The notes beneath the pieces are model-generated. The model was not told the origin of the DNA. It did not search any database and was given only the letters and a program-made list of their open reading frames with translations. Positions 49,276-58,744 of a stretch of DNA of 64,000 bases are shown piece after piece. This DNA is from Candidatus Binatia bacterium (lineage in GTDB: Bacteria > Desulfobacterota > Binatia > UBA9968 > JAJDTQ01), in contig OY762897.2 of assembly GCA_963666515.2 (NCBI GenBank), forward strand, positions 2,080,001 to 2,144,000. Reading direction: 5' to 3'. A program made the translations under genes and the position numbers. Numbering within the stretch: the first letter of the stretch is position 1; each line of letters opens with the position of its first letter.

Positions 49276-49461
49276 ATGGAATTGGAAGAAAGGATGACCC
49301 GCCTCGAAACGGCCTTCGAAACCACCCTGCCGCATTTGGCTACCAAAGCGGATATTGCAACACTGGAAACGAAGATCGCCCGACTGGAAAGCAAGATGGC
49401 ATGGGAGACCGTCGCCATCCTGGTGGCCTTGGCGACGATCCTCGTCAAGCTGTTCACGTAG
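49276..49461 (+). CDS. Small coiled-coil protein with C-terminal TM helix (DUF1640-like)
   Basis: GGGGAG RBS; LATKADIA motif; hydrophobic C-terminus. Confidence 0.7.
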   Translation: MELEERMTRLETAFETTLPHLATKADIATLETKIARLESKMAWETVAILVALATILVKLFT

Positions 49462-49484
49462 AGCATCCTTTTCCGTAACCGCCC

Positions 49485-50654
49485 TCACCCCCACAGCCGC
49501 TCGCTCGCCAGCCGCGCTCCCTCGGACATGGCCTGGAACTTGGCCCAGACGATGGCGGGGTGGATCTCCGGCACTTCCAGGGCCTGGGTGCCGAAGCCGC
49601 AGTCGCTGCCGGCGATGACGTTCTCGCGGCCGACCACGCTGGCGAAGCGTTCGAGGCGTTGGGCGATCAGCTCGGGGTGCTCCACCAGCACCGACGACTG
49701 GGTGATGACGCCGGGAATGATGAGCTTGCCGTCGGGCAGCTTCACGTCCTCCCATATCTTCCACTCGTGCTCGTGGCGCGGGTTGGACGCCTCGAAGGAG
49801 AAGGCGCCGGCGCGGATATTGAGCACGATGTCGATGTAGTCCTTCATCTCCATGTCGTAGACCCGGGGACCCATGTTGATGCCGTAGCAGGTGTGGTAGC
49901 GCACCCGGTCCTCGGGAATGTCCCGCAGCGCGTGGTTGATGGCCTCAATCTGCCCTTCGGCCCAGGCGCGGCACTGCTCGACGCTCAGGTCCGGGTTCTT
50001 GACGTAGTAGTTGATCAGCAGCGGGTCGTCGATCTGGAGCAGGAAGCCGGCGTCGACGATGGCCTGGTACTCCACCCGCAAGGCGTCGGCGATGGCGAAC
50101 AGGAACTCCTCGTCCGACTTGTAGTACTCGTTCTCCTGGTTGCCGGCCACGTCGCACGGGGAGATGGCGGGCACGAAGGCCTCGACGGCGCCGGCTTCCT
50201 CCACCGCGGCCTTCAGGTTCGCCAGATCCTGCGCAATGCGATCCTGGGCCTTGTAGACGATGGGGCCGGTGCACGCCATCTGCATGTTGCTGGGGTTGGG
50301 TTTGGCTCCCGGCACCGGGCTGTAGTAGCCGTAGTACTCGGGAAACGCTTCCGACTCCCGTGAGCCTGCCCAAGGCGACACCCGCACCCGCCCGGTAGGT
50401 GTGAGGCCGTCGAGGCGCTGGTGAGCGTAGACCGCGAACCCGCGCTTGCTGAACTCGCCGTCGTCGACGACGTCGACGCCGAGATCCATCTGGAAACGGA
50501 CGATGTCCCCCACCGCGGACCGGAGCTTGTCCTCGTACTCGGCCGGGTCCACCGCCCTGCCCTCGTTCTCCGCCAGCATCAACTCGATGAGTTGGCGGGG
50601 GCGCGGCAGGCTTCCGGTGTGGGTGACGAGAATACGGTCGGTGCTGTGCAGCAT
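49485..50654 (-). CDS. Cobalamin-independent methionine synthase II family (single-barrel MetE-like)
   Basis: THTGSLPRP, DDGEF, HTCYG, PRHEHEW, GSDCGFG. Confidence 0.9.
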   Translation of the reverse strand: MLHSTDRILVTHTGSLPRPRQLIELMLAENEGRAVDPAEYEDKLRSAVGDIVRFQMDLGVDVVDDGEFSKRGFAVYAHQRLDGLTPTGRVRVSPWAGSRESEAFPEYYGYYSPVPGAKPNPSNMQMACTGPIVYKAQDRIAQDLANLKAAVEEAGAVEAFVPAISPCDVAGNQENEYYKSDEEFLFAIADALRVEYQAIVDAGFLLQIDDPLLINYYVKNPDLSVEQCRAWAEGQIEAINHALRDIPEDRVRYHTCYGINMGPRVYDMEMKDYIDIVLNIRAGAFSFEASNPRHEHEWKIWEDVKLPDGKLIIPGVITQSSVLVEHPELIAQRLERFASVVGRENVIAGSDCGFGTQALEVPEIHPAIVWAKFQAMSEGARLASERLWG

Positions 50655-50687
50655 GGTTACCTCCGGTGATAACGCCACCTCCTCCCC

Positions 50688-50713
50688 TGGATTCCCGCTT
50701 TCGCGGGAATGAC
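50688..50713 (-). repeat. REP/dRS3-like palindrome
   Basis: TGGATTCCCGC-TTTC-GCGGGAATGAC. Confidence 0.85.
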
Positions 50714-50739
50714 GGAGAGGATGGGTGGATTTGCAAACC

Positions 50740-51156
50740 CTACGCGTCGTTCACGGGCTTGAACTTGTAAAGGGTCCGGTCCTCGGTGACGTCGTCGAAC
50801 ACGACCTCCACGGGCATGTCGCAACTCAGCGCGTCGGGCTTGCAGCCCACCACGTTGGTGGTGAGGCGCGGGCCTTCGTCCAGCTCCACCACCACCAGGG
50901 CGTAGGGCAGCTCTTCCGCAAAGCCCTTGTGGTAGGCGCGGTGGTACACCCCGAAGGAGTATATCTTCCCCTTGCCGCTCACCCGGGTCCAGGTCCACTC
51001 GGTGCTCCAGCACTCGGGGCAGGTGGCGGTGGGCGGGAACCAGTGATTGGAGCAGGCGTCGCAACGGGGCACCAGCAGCTCATGGCGCTTGCAGCCGTCC
51101 CAGAACGGTTCGGATTCGACGGACGGCGGCGGCAGCGGCTTGTTGTACTCGCTCAT
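50740..51156 (-). CDS. Zn-ribbon/OB-fold protein (DUF35, ChsH2-like)
   Basis: PFWDG, CDAC, CPEC, SGKGKIYSF, VELDEGPRL; ATGA-coupled to the thiolase-like gene. Confidence 0.9.
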   Translation of the reverse strand: MSEYNKPLPPPSVESEPFWDGCKRHELLVPRCDACSNHWFPPTATCPECWSTEWTWTRVSGKGKIYSFGVYHRAYHKGFAEELPYALVVVELDEGPRLTTNVVGCKPDALSCDMPVEVVFDDVTEDRTLYKFKPVNDA

Positions 51157-52325
51157 CCGGCTTCCCTCCCCAGGATCAGCGCCGACTGGCACACGGTGTT
51201 GCCGCCGTGGCCGCTCACCAGGGCGATGTTGCAGTCCTTCACCTGCCGGTCGGGGGTGTGCTCGCGGCGCACTTGGCGGGCGCCTTCCAGCACCTGGAGC
51301 ATGCCCTCGATGTGTCCCTCGGAAAGCTGGCCGCCGGAGGTGTTGGTGGGCAGCACGCCGTCGGCCTCCAGCGCCCCGGAGGCGACGAAGGGACCGCCCT
51401 CACCCTTGGCGCAGAAGCCGTAGTCCTCGAGCTGCAGCAGCACCATGTGGGTGAAGCAGTCGTAGATCTGCGCGGTGTCCACGTCCTTGGGGCCGATGCC
51501 CGCCATCCTGTAGGCCGCCTCCCCGGCCTCCCTGGCGCCGGTGGTGATCATGTTGTCGCCGGCGTACCAGCCGCTCAGGCGGTTGCCGAAGCCGAAGCCC
51601 AGCACGTAGGCGGGCGGCTGCCGGAGGTCCCGGGCGCGTTCCGCGCTGGTCACCACCACCGCGCCGGCGCCGTCGATGAACACGCTGCAGTCGTACAGGC
51701 ACAGCGGATCCACGATGAGACGCGCGCTCAGGTACTCGTCCAGGGTCAAGGGCTTCTGCATGAACGCGTGCGGGTTCTTGCGGGCGTGGTTGCGGAACGC
51801 CACCGCGATGGCGCCGAGCTGCGCCTTGGTGGTACCGAAGCGCTCCATGTGGCGCCGCGCCGCCACGGCGTAGTTCACCGGCGCGCCGAACTGGCCGAAC
51901 TCCGAACCGAACTCCGAGTAGGTGCGGGGCCGGGAGGCGACCGCCTGCTTGGCCTCGGCGTTGCGGTGCGTGCGGGACCAGGTGTCCCGGCCGTAGCCCA
52001 CCACCACGGTGTTGCAGACGCCGGCCTCGATGGCCATGCACGCCATGGCCACGGCCATGGTCTGGCTGGCGCCGCCGTTGGCGGTGGAGGTGCTGTAGGT
52101 GACGTCGAGGCCCAGGGCCTCGCCCACCTTCTGGTGGTGGCAGTAGACGTCGTCCGGGCCGCGGGTGATGAGGCCGTCCACGTCCTCCTTCTTGAGGCCG
52201 GCGTCCTCGATGGCGTTCTTGGCCGCCACCGCGAAGAGCCCGATGGGGCCCATCTCCGGCACCTTGCCCAGGGGGCTCTGCCCCACGCCGACGATGGCGT
52301 ACTTGCCGCTCAGGTTCGTGCTCAT
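51153..52325 (-). CDS. Thiolase-like protein (SCP-x/Ltp2 type)
   Basis: AIVGVG, ARRHMERFG, QIYDCFT, NTSGGQLSEG; start MSTNLS with GGAGG RBS. Confidence 0.88.
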   Translation of the reverse strand: MSTNLSGKYAIVGVGQSPLGKVPEMGPIGLFAVAAKNAIEDAGLKKEDVDGLITRGPDDVYCHHQKVGEALGLDVTYSTSTANGGASQTMAVAMACMAIEAGVCNTVVVGYGRDTWSRTHRNAEAKQAVASRPRTYSEFGSEFGQFGAPVNYAVAARRHMERFGTTKAQLGAIAVAFRNHARKNPHAFMQKPLTLDEYLSARLIVDPLCLYDCSVFIDGAGAVVVTSAERARDLRQPPAYVLGFGFGNRLSGWYAGDNMITTGAREAGEAAYRMAGIGPKDVDTAQIYDCFTHMVLLQLEDYGFCAKGEGGPFVASGALEADGVLPTNTSGGQLSEGHIEGMLQVLEGARQVRREHTPDRQVKDCNIALVSGHGGNTVCQSALILGREAG

Positions 52326-52348
52326 GTGTTCCTCCTGTGTCCCGTGGC

Positions 52349-53149
52349 CTACCGGGCCTTCCACACCGCCGGGCGTTTCTCCGCGAAGGCGCGGGAGCCC
52401 TCTTTCTGGTCCTCGGTGGTGGAGAGCGCCAGGCCCAGGTCGCTCTCGAGCCTGAGGCCCTGCTCCAGGGGTAGCTGCATTCCCTTGGTGATGGCTTCCT
52501 TGATGGCGATGACCGACAGCGGCGCGCCCAGGCAGATCTTGCGCGCGATCTCCCGCGCCGCGTCCATGTAGCCGTCCACCGGCGCCACCTTGTTCACCAG
52601 GCCGATGCGAAACGCCTCGTGGGCGTCCACGGCCTCGCCGGTGAGGGACAGCTCCAGCGCCTTGGCCATGCCGACGAGCCGCGGCAGCCGCTGGGTGCCG
52701 CCGCCTCCGCCGAGCCGCCCGCGGCGCACCTCGAACATGCCGAGCTTGGCGTCCTCCGCGGCCACGCGGATGTCGCAGGCCAGCGCCAGCTCCAGGCCGC
52801 CGCCCACCGCGTAGCCCCGTATCGCCGCGATGGTGGGCTTTTCCATGGCGGCCACCACCATGTTCTGGCCCTGCGTGCTCGGCCGGTTCCGCACCCGCCG
52901 TTTCTCGAAGAAAGTCGAATCGTCCACTTCCCGCGCCCGTTCCTTCAGGTCGAGGCCGGTGGAGAAGGCCCGCTCCCCCGCCCCGGTGATGATGCACACC
53001 CACACGTCCGGGTCCGCGGACACCCGGCCGCAGGCGTCGTGCAACTCGTCCCGGGCCTTGTAGCTGATGGCGTTCATGGACTCGGGGCGGTTGAGGGTGA
53101 TGGTGGCCACATGGTCGGTGACGTCGTAGAGGATGTTGTCGTAGGTCAT
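52349..53149 (-). CDS. Enoyl-CoA hydratase/isomerase
   Basis: ITLNRP, AFSTGLDLKE, GGGLELALACDIR, FEVRRG. Confidence 0.93.
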   Translation of the reverse strand: MTYDNILYDVTDHVATITLNRPESMNAISYKARDELHDACGRVSADPDVWVCIITGAGERAFSTGLDLKERAREVDDSTFFEKRRVRNRPSTQGQNMVVAAMEKPTIAAIRGYAVGGGLELALACDIRVAAEDAKLGMFEVRRGRLGGGGGTQRLPRLVGMAKALELSLTGEAVDAHEAFRIGLVNKVAPVDGYMDAAREIARKICLGAPLSVIAIKEAITKGMQLPLEQGLRLESDLGLALSTTEDQKEGSRAFAEKRPAVWKAR

Positions 53150-53239
53150 CGAAGCTCCCGGTTTGGGGGCGACCGCGGGTCGCCCCTACCTGAGTGTTGC
53201 ACCTTGACGGCGGGCGACAGCCGGTTGCCCTTTCCCGGA

Positions 53240-55369
53240 TTACACCGTGATCAGCGCGTCCGCCACCGCCACCCCGCGGCCCTCGGGACGGACCATCACG
53301 GGATTCATCTCGACGGCGGTGAAGCGTCCGGCGTTGTGCGCCACGAAGTCGCCGAAGCGCACCACGCAGGCCACCAGCGCGCCCACGTCCCGGGGCTCGC
53401 CGCCCCGGAGACCACTCAATAGCGCGACGCCGCGCAGCTCCGCCAGCATCTCGCGCACGTCTTCCTCGTCCAGCGGCGGCAACCGGAAGGCGGCGTCCCG
53501 GAAGACCTCCACGTGGACGCCGCCCAGCCCCAGCGTCACCAGCGGCCCGAACTGCGGATCGTGCACCATGCCGACGAGGATCTCCAACCCGTCGACGACC
53601 ATCTCCTGCACCAGGACGCCGTCGATGCGGGCGTCCGGGTGGGCCGCCTGGACGTTCCGGACGACACGGAGATACGCCGTCTCCACCTCCTCGGCGGTCG
53701 CCGCGCCAAGATGGACGCCGCCGGCATCCGACTTGTGCGGCACGTCGGGCGACTGGACCTTCAGCGCCACCGGAAGGCCGAGGCTGCCGGCGATCTCGAC
53801 CGCCTGCTCGGGAGTGCCGGCCAGTTCTTCCCGGGTCATGGGGATGCCGGTGCGCTCCAGTATCCTCTTGCTCTCATGCTCGGTGAGCGCGCCGGCGCCT
53901 TCGGGCGGCCTGAAATCCACGGACGCCGCCGGCATCCGGATCCGCTCGTCCTTGCGGCGGAACGCCGCGTAGTCCACGAGCCGGCGCACGGCCTTCATCC
54001 CGCCCGCCACGTCCTCGAGAATGGGCACGCCGGTTTCGGCAGAAAACGCGCGGCAGTCGCCGGTGAGGCTGTTGGACGCAAGGGACAGCACGAACAGCGG
54101 CTTGGCCGAGCCCTTGGCGCACGCCACCGCCTGGTCGAGCAGCTTCTGCTGACCCGGCGCGGTCGTCCGCTTGACGCTCAGCGCCATGCCCACCGCGTCG
54201 ATGCCGTCGTCGCTCAAGAGCGTGTCGAGCACGGTCGTGAGATTGTCGCCCTGTTCGATGCGCGGCATCCCCACGGTGTCGATGGGGTTGCTGAAGGGCC
54301 GGTCCGCGACCCCGAGGATCTCCTGGAGCCTTCCATTCACGGCCGTGGACAGGGGCGGGCACTGGAGGCCCGCAACCGCGTTCACGTCGCTGATGAGCGC
54401 GGTGGCGCCGCCGGAAATGGTCAGGAACACGACCTTCTCCCCCGCCGGAAGACGCCCGTGAAGGAACAGGCCCGCGGTCTCCACCAACTCGTCGAGGCTT
54501 TCCACCGCGGCCACGCCGGTTTCCCGGAACAGCGCCTCGTAGGCTTCCCGCTGGCCGGCCAGGGTGCCGGTGTGGGCCACCGTGGCCCTCTGCCCGGACT
54601 CGGTCCGGCCCAGCTTCAACACCACCACGGGCTTCTTCCGGCTGGTGGAGGCCAGTACCCGGCGCAGCTTGGCGCCGTCCTTGGCGCCCTCCATGATGCA
54701 GGCGATGACGCGGGTCTCGGGGTCGCCGGCGAGGTACTCGATGTAGTCGGCCATCTCCACCACCGCCTCGTTGCCGCTGGAGATGATGTAGTTGAAGCCG
54801 ATGCCGCGGCTGGCGCCCAACTCGGTGACGGCGTTGGTCAAGCCCCCGCTCTGGGAGATGAGCGAGACGCCTCCGGGCGCCAGGTCTTGCGGAATCGAGA
54901 AATAGGAATTGGCGAAGCCGTACCGGAGGCTCGCCACCCCCATGCAGCAGGGACCGGTGACGGCCATGCCTCCGGCGGAAGCCAGACGCTGAAGCTCCTG
55001 TTGGCGCCGCCGGCCTGCCGCGGTATCGCCGTCCGAGAAGCCCTCCGCCACCACGATGCCCGAGGGCACCCCCGCGGCAACGGCCTCCTCCACCACCCCC
55101 AGCACGCGGGTGACCGGCAACGCCACCACCACGCAATCGGGCACCTCCGGCAGGCCGTCGATGGACGGATAGCACGGCCTGTCCTGGATCTCCGTGTAGT
55201 TGGGATTGACCGGGTAGACCGCGCCTCGGAAACCCGACGCAAGGACGTTCCCCAGGATGCGTCCGCCCGTGCCCCCCTTGGGGGACGCCCCGACAACGGC
55301 CACCGATCGCGGCCGGAGCAAGGCCTGGAGGTTGGCGTTCCCGCTCATAGTCCGTTGGGAATCAGTCAC
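53240..55369 (-). CDS. ADP-forming acyl-CoA ligase (fused alpha/beta)
   Basis: PRSVAVVGAS, SQSGG, AHTGTLAG phospho-His, HKSDAGGV ATP-grasp. Confidence 0.92.
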   Translation of the reverse strand: MTDSQRTMSGNANLQALLRPRSVAVVGASPKGGTGGRILGNVLASGFRGAVYPVNPNYTEIQDRPCYPSIDGLPEVPDCVVVALPVTRVLGVVEEAVAAGVPSGIVVAEGFSDGDTAAGRRRQQELQRLASAGGMAVTGPCCMGVASLRYGFANSYFSIPQDLAPGGVSLISQSGGLTNAVTELGASRGIGFNYIISSGNEAVVEMADYIEYLAGDPETRVIACIMEGAKDGAKLRRVLASTSRKKPVVVLKLGRTESGQRATVAHTGTLAGQREAYEALFRETGVAAVESLDELVETAGLFLHGRLPAGEKVVFLTISGGATALISDVNAVAGLQCPPLSTAVNGRLQEILGVADRPFSNPIDTVGMPRIEQGDNLTTVLDTLLSDDGIDAVGMALSVKRTTAPGQQKLLDQAVACAKGSAKPLFVLSLASNSLTGDCRAFSAETGVPILEDVAGGMKAVRRLVDYAAFRRKDERIRMPAASVDFRPPEGAGALTEHESKRILERTGIPMTREELAGTPEQAVEIAGSLGLPVALKVQSPDVPHKSDAGGVHLGAATAEEVETAYLRVVRNVQAAHPDARIDGVLVQEMVVDGLEILVGMVHDPQFGPLVTLGLGGVHVEVFRDAAFRLPPLDEEDVREMLAELRGVALLSGLRGGEPRDVGALVACVVRFGDFVAHNAGRFTAVEMNPVMVRPEGRGVAVADALITV

Positions 55370-55624
55370 TTAGCGGCATTCCGGTACGGGTTGCGCCGCA
55401 CGGGCCGGCTGTCGGATGCCCGACGGCTGCCGGACCCTATCTTCACAACTGCGCGAATTTACACGAAAAAACGATGCGCAGAAATTGTGCAATTTGTTGA
55501 ATCCCGGATGAACAGGGCCGTTTTACGCGCGTCCGCGCCCAATACACAGGTTTTTCCACAGACCCTGTTACCAAATTGACATGCTCTCGTAACATTGACA
55601 CCCGTCGCCTCGGTCCGCCTGATC

Positions 55625-56689
55625 CTACGTGACGGTGGGGACGCCCGGGTCCTCGGGCTCCTGGCCGTCGTGGTCCCGCACGTGGTCGTACTGCCGCGCG
55701 AACCAGCGCATGTAATCGCCGTAGGTCGTGGGCTCGTAGCGGGGCGGGTTGTCCGGCCCCTGGCACGTGGGCAGACAGGCCATGGGGAAGTCGTGGGTGG
55801 CGTCGAAGAAGAACGGGATGGCGTAGCGGTCCCGGCCGGCGTTGCGGTTGACCACCCGGTGAGGGGTGGACAGGAACCGGTGGTTGGTCCACCGCCGCAG
55901 CATGTCCCCGGAATTGACCAGGAAGGTGCCGGGCGCCGCCGGCGCGTCGGTCCACTCTCCCGACGGCATGCGGATGGCCAGGCCCGGCAGCTCCGACTGC
56001 GGCAGCATGGTGAGGAAGCTCGAATCGGTATGCGGGGCCAGACCGTACTGGCCGGCGTCGCCCTGCTCCGCGGGCGGGTAGTGGGACATCCGCAGGGTGT
56101 ACTGGGGTTCCCTGAACGCCTCGTCGAAGTAGTCCCGCGGCAGCTCCAACGCCGCGGCATAGAGCGGCAGCATGCGCTTGCAGAGCTGCTCCATCGCGTC
56201 CAGGTAGGCCGCCACGGTCTCCCGGAAACCGGGCAGGACGCGCGGGTCGGGCCATGGATTGGCGCAGCGGTAGCGCACCCCCGCCACCACGTCGGGATGG
56301 TCGAGGGGAAGGTCCCTCTTAAGGAAGTACGCCTCCACGAAGTTGGGCCGCGTCGCCTTCTCCACCCGGGAGCTGCGGGACACGTACCCGTTCACCGGCA
56401 TGTATCCCACGTTGTGCTCGTTGCCCCGGACCGCCATCTTCTCGGCCAGCGGCCGGGCGTGGAAACGGGCGCACTGGGCGAAGACGTCGTCGATGAGGGC
56501 CTGGGACACGCCGTGGCCGTGGATGTAGTAGAAACCCACCCGCTCCAGGGCATGGCGCAACTCCGCGGCCAGGGACTCCATCGCGCCGGGAGCGCCGGCC
56601 ATGAAACCGGCCAGTTCCAGGACAGGGATGCCGCTTTCGACCGCGGCGGCAAGCTCGGGCTCGCGCAAGGCCTTGGCCATGCCGCTCAC
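55625..56689 (-). CDS. Isopenicillin N synthase family 2OG-Fe(II) oxygenase
   Basis: GFYYIHGHGV, PHTDSSFLT, STPHRV, RYAIPFF. Confidence 0.92.
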   Translation of the reverse strand: MSGMAKALREPELAAAVESGIPVLELAGFMAGAPGAMESLAAELRHALERVGFYYIHGHGVSQALIDDVFAQCARFHARPLAEKMAVRGNEHNVGYMPVNGYVSRSSRVEKATRPNFVEAYFLKRDLPLDHPDVVAGVRYRCANPWPDPRVLPGFRETVAAYLDAMEQLCKRMLPLYAAALELPRDYFDEAFREPQYTLRMSHYPPAEQGDAGQYGLAPHTDSSFLTMLPQSELPGLAIRMPSGEWTDAPAAPGTFLVNSGDMLRRWTNHRFLSTPHRVVNRNAGRDRYAIPFFFDATHDFPMACLPTCQGPDNPPRYEPTTYGDYMRWFARQYDHVRDHDGQEPEDPGVPTVT

Positions 56690-57240
56690 CCGGTGGGAAG
56701 GACCGGCATGCCATCGGGAGCGCCGATCTCGAAGGCGTTGAGGGAGCAGGCCAGGGCCACGTAGCCGCCGATGATGCCGGTCAGCTCCGCCAGCCGGTGG
56801 TTGCCGAGGCGGTCTCGCAACGCCCGGAAGGTCGGCTCGGTCACGCGATGGGGCGGCCGGAGAAGCTCCTGGACGTACTTGACGAACGCCGCTTCATCGT
56901 CGTCCAGGCCCTCGGGCGCCCTGCCGTCGCGGATAGCGGCCACCGTCTCCTCCGGCACCCCGGCGTCCAGGGCGTGGCCGGAGTGGGCGGCCCACTCGTA
57001 AACGCAGTCCATCTCCCGCGCCACCGTGCAGATGACCAGTTCCTTCTCCCTCAGGGGGAAGTCGGAGGTGAACAGCGAGTACCCTACCAAGTGCGCGGTG
57101 CGCGCGGCCAGATCCGGACAGTGGAGCAGGTTGGCGTAGGGCGCGCTGATGCGCTTCCGGCTCGCCATGATGGAGTCGTAGTGGTGCCGCTGGTCCTCCG
57201 GTATGGCCTCGCGTTCGGTCAGCTCGGGCAAGCGGGACAT
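56686..57240 (-). CDS. Carboxymuconolactone decarboxylase/AhpD-like protein
   Basis: LLHCPDLA, KELVIC.VAR, YEWAAH. Confidence 0.85.
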   Translation of the reverse strand: MSRLPELTEREAIPEDQRHHYDSIMASRKRISAPYANLLHCPDLAARTAHLVGYSLFTSDFPLREKELVICTVAREMDCVYEWAAHSGHALDAGVPEETVAAIRDGRAPEGLDDDEAAFVKYVQELLRPPHRVTEPTFRALRDRLGNHRLAELTGIIGGYVALACSLNAFEIGAPDGMPVLPTG

Positions 57241-57259
57241 GCTGAATTCCTTCCGGCCG

Positions 57260-58735
57260 TCACAGCGCCGGCGTGGTGGCCGGCGGCTTGCGGTGGTTCG
57301 TGGCCTGTTCGTAGGCGTAGGCGAACCGGATCATGCGTGCATCGTCGTACGGCCGCCCCAGGAAAGTGATGCCGCCGGGAAGGCCGTCCCGGGTGAAACC
57401 TCCGGGCACCACCACCGAGGAGACGAAGATCAGGAACGTGTTGATGTGCGGCACTCCCCGCATGTTGACCCAGGGCGGCTGGATGCCGTCACGGATGAGG
57501 GTGGGCTGGTGTTCCACCGACTTGTGCACGATGGCGTCGAGCCGGTGGTCGGCCATGACCTTCAACAGGTTGCCCATGAGCTTTTCGCGCGCCAGCAGGT
57601 ACTGGTAGTGCTTGTCGGCGTCCAGCGGCGCCTTCCAGCGGTTCTGGGCGTTGTAGTGGACCTTGGCGAACTCCGGCGACGCCATGGCCTCCTGGCGCGA
57701 TTCGAACGGCCGCTTGGCGCTTCTGTGGTAGTACAGCTTGAACGCCTCGTCGGCGTTCTTGGGGTTCCATGACCGCTGTGCCAGCAGCTCGTTTAGCTGC
57801 GGTATCTCCACCGGGTCCACCACCTCGGCTCCGGCGGCCTGGAGGTCCGCCACCGCCCGGTCGAACAGCTCGGTGATCTGCCGGAAATCGTCGGTGTCGG
57901 GCTCCGAGGTGTGGCCCATGGGCTCGCGCAGGATACCCAGACGGGCGCCGCCGAGTCCATTGGCGTCAAGGGAATCGGTGTAGCTCGAAGGGACGTGGCC
58001 GACGCCGCGGGCGGTCACCGGGTCCTCGGGATCGTAGCCCACCATCGCGTCCAGCAGCTTGGCCATGTCCGTCACGGTGCGCCCCATGGGTCCCAGCGAG
58101 CCGGTCATGTCGGGCCAACCGTCATAGACGCCGCCCCGGCTCACGAGCCCGGGCGTGGGGCGCATGCCGGCGACGCAGTTCCAGGTGGACGGCCGGCGGA
58201 TGGAGGCGTAGCCCTCCTGTCCCACCGCCACGGTGGCGAAGTTCGCGGCCAGCGCCCCGCCGGAGCCGCCGGAGGAGCCGCCCACCGTGCGCTCGACGTC
58301 GTAGGGGTTGCGGCTGGAGCCGAACAGCGAGCCGTGGGTGTCGCCCCCGCCCAGTTCGCCCAGGGTGGCCTTGGCCAGGATGATGGCGCCGGCCGCCTTG
58401 AGCTTCTCCGCCACGGTGCAGTCGCGGTCCGGGTAGAAGTCCTTGAACAGCACGCTGCCCAGGGTGGTGGGCATGCCCTTGACGTCGCCCTGGTCCTTGA
58501 AAACGATCGGAATGCCGTGGAGCGGGCCGGTGAGAGGCGAGGCGCCGAGCCGGTCGGCTTCCTCCAGGGCGTTGGGGTTGACGGTGATGATGCAGTTCAG
58601 CGCCGGCCCCTTCTTGTCATAGGCCTCGATCCGGTCCAGGTAAGCCTGCACCAGTTGGCGCGGGGTCAACTGCCCCGACTGATACGCCTTGTGGACGGCC
58701 TCGATGGTGGTTTCCACCACGTCGAAATTGCTCAT
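57260..58735 (-). CDS. Amidase (amidase-signature family)
   Basis: GPLHGIPIVFKD, GGSSGGSG, ASIRRP. Confidence 0.92.
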   Translation of the reverse strand: MSNFDVVETTIEAVHKAYQSGQLTPRQLVQAYLDRIEAYDKKGPALNCIITVNPNALEEADRLGASPLTGPLHGIPIVFKDQGDVKGMPTTLGSVLFKDFYPDRDCTVAEKLKAAGAIILAKATLGELGGGDTHGSLFGSSRNPYDVERTVGGSSGGSGGALAANFATVAVGQEGYASIRRPSTWNCVAGMRPTPGLVSRGGVYDGWPDMTGSLGPMGRTVTDMAKLLDAMVGYDPEDPVTARGVGHVPSSYTDSLDANGLGGARLGILREPMGHTSEPDTDDFRQITELFDRAVADLQAAGAEVVDPVEIPQLNELLAQRSWNPKNADEAFKLYYHRSAKRPFESRQEAMASPEFAKVHYNAQNRWKAPLDADKHYQYLLAREKLMGNLLKVMADHRLDAIVHKSVEHQPTLIRDGIQPPWVNMRGVPHINTFLIFVSSVVVPGGFTRDGLPGGITFLGRPYDDARMIRFAYAYEQATNHRKPPATTPAL

Positions 58736-58744
58736 GCGGTTCTC

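Noticed and set aside
49485-50654. Gene symbol metE
   Set aside because: Single-barrel protein without the N-terminal half, in a catabolic context
51153-53003. 616-aa apparent thiolase fusion
   Set aside because: Extension is an off-frame overlap with the enoyl-CoA hydratase; start with RBS is at 52325
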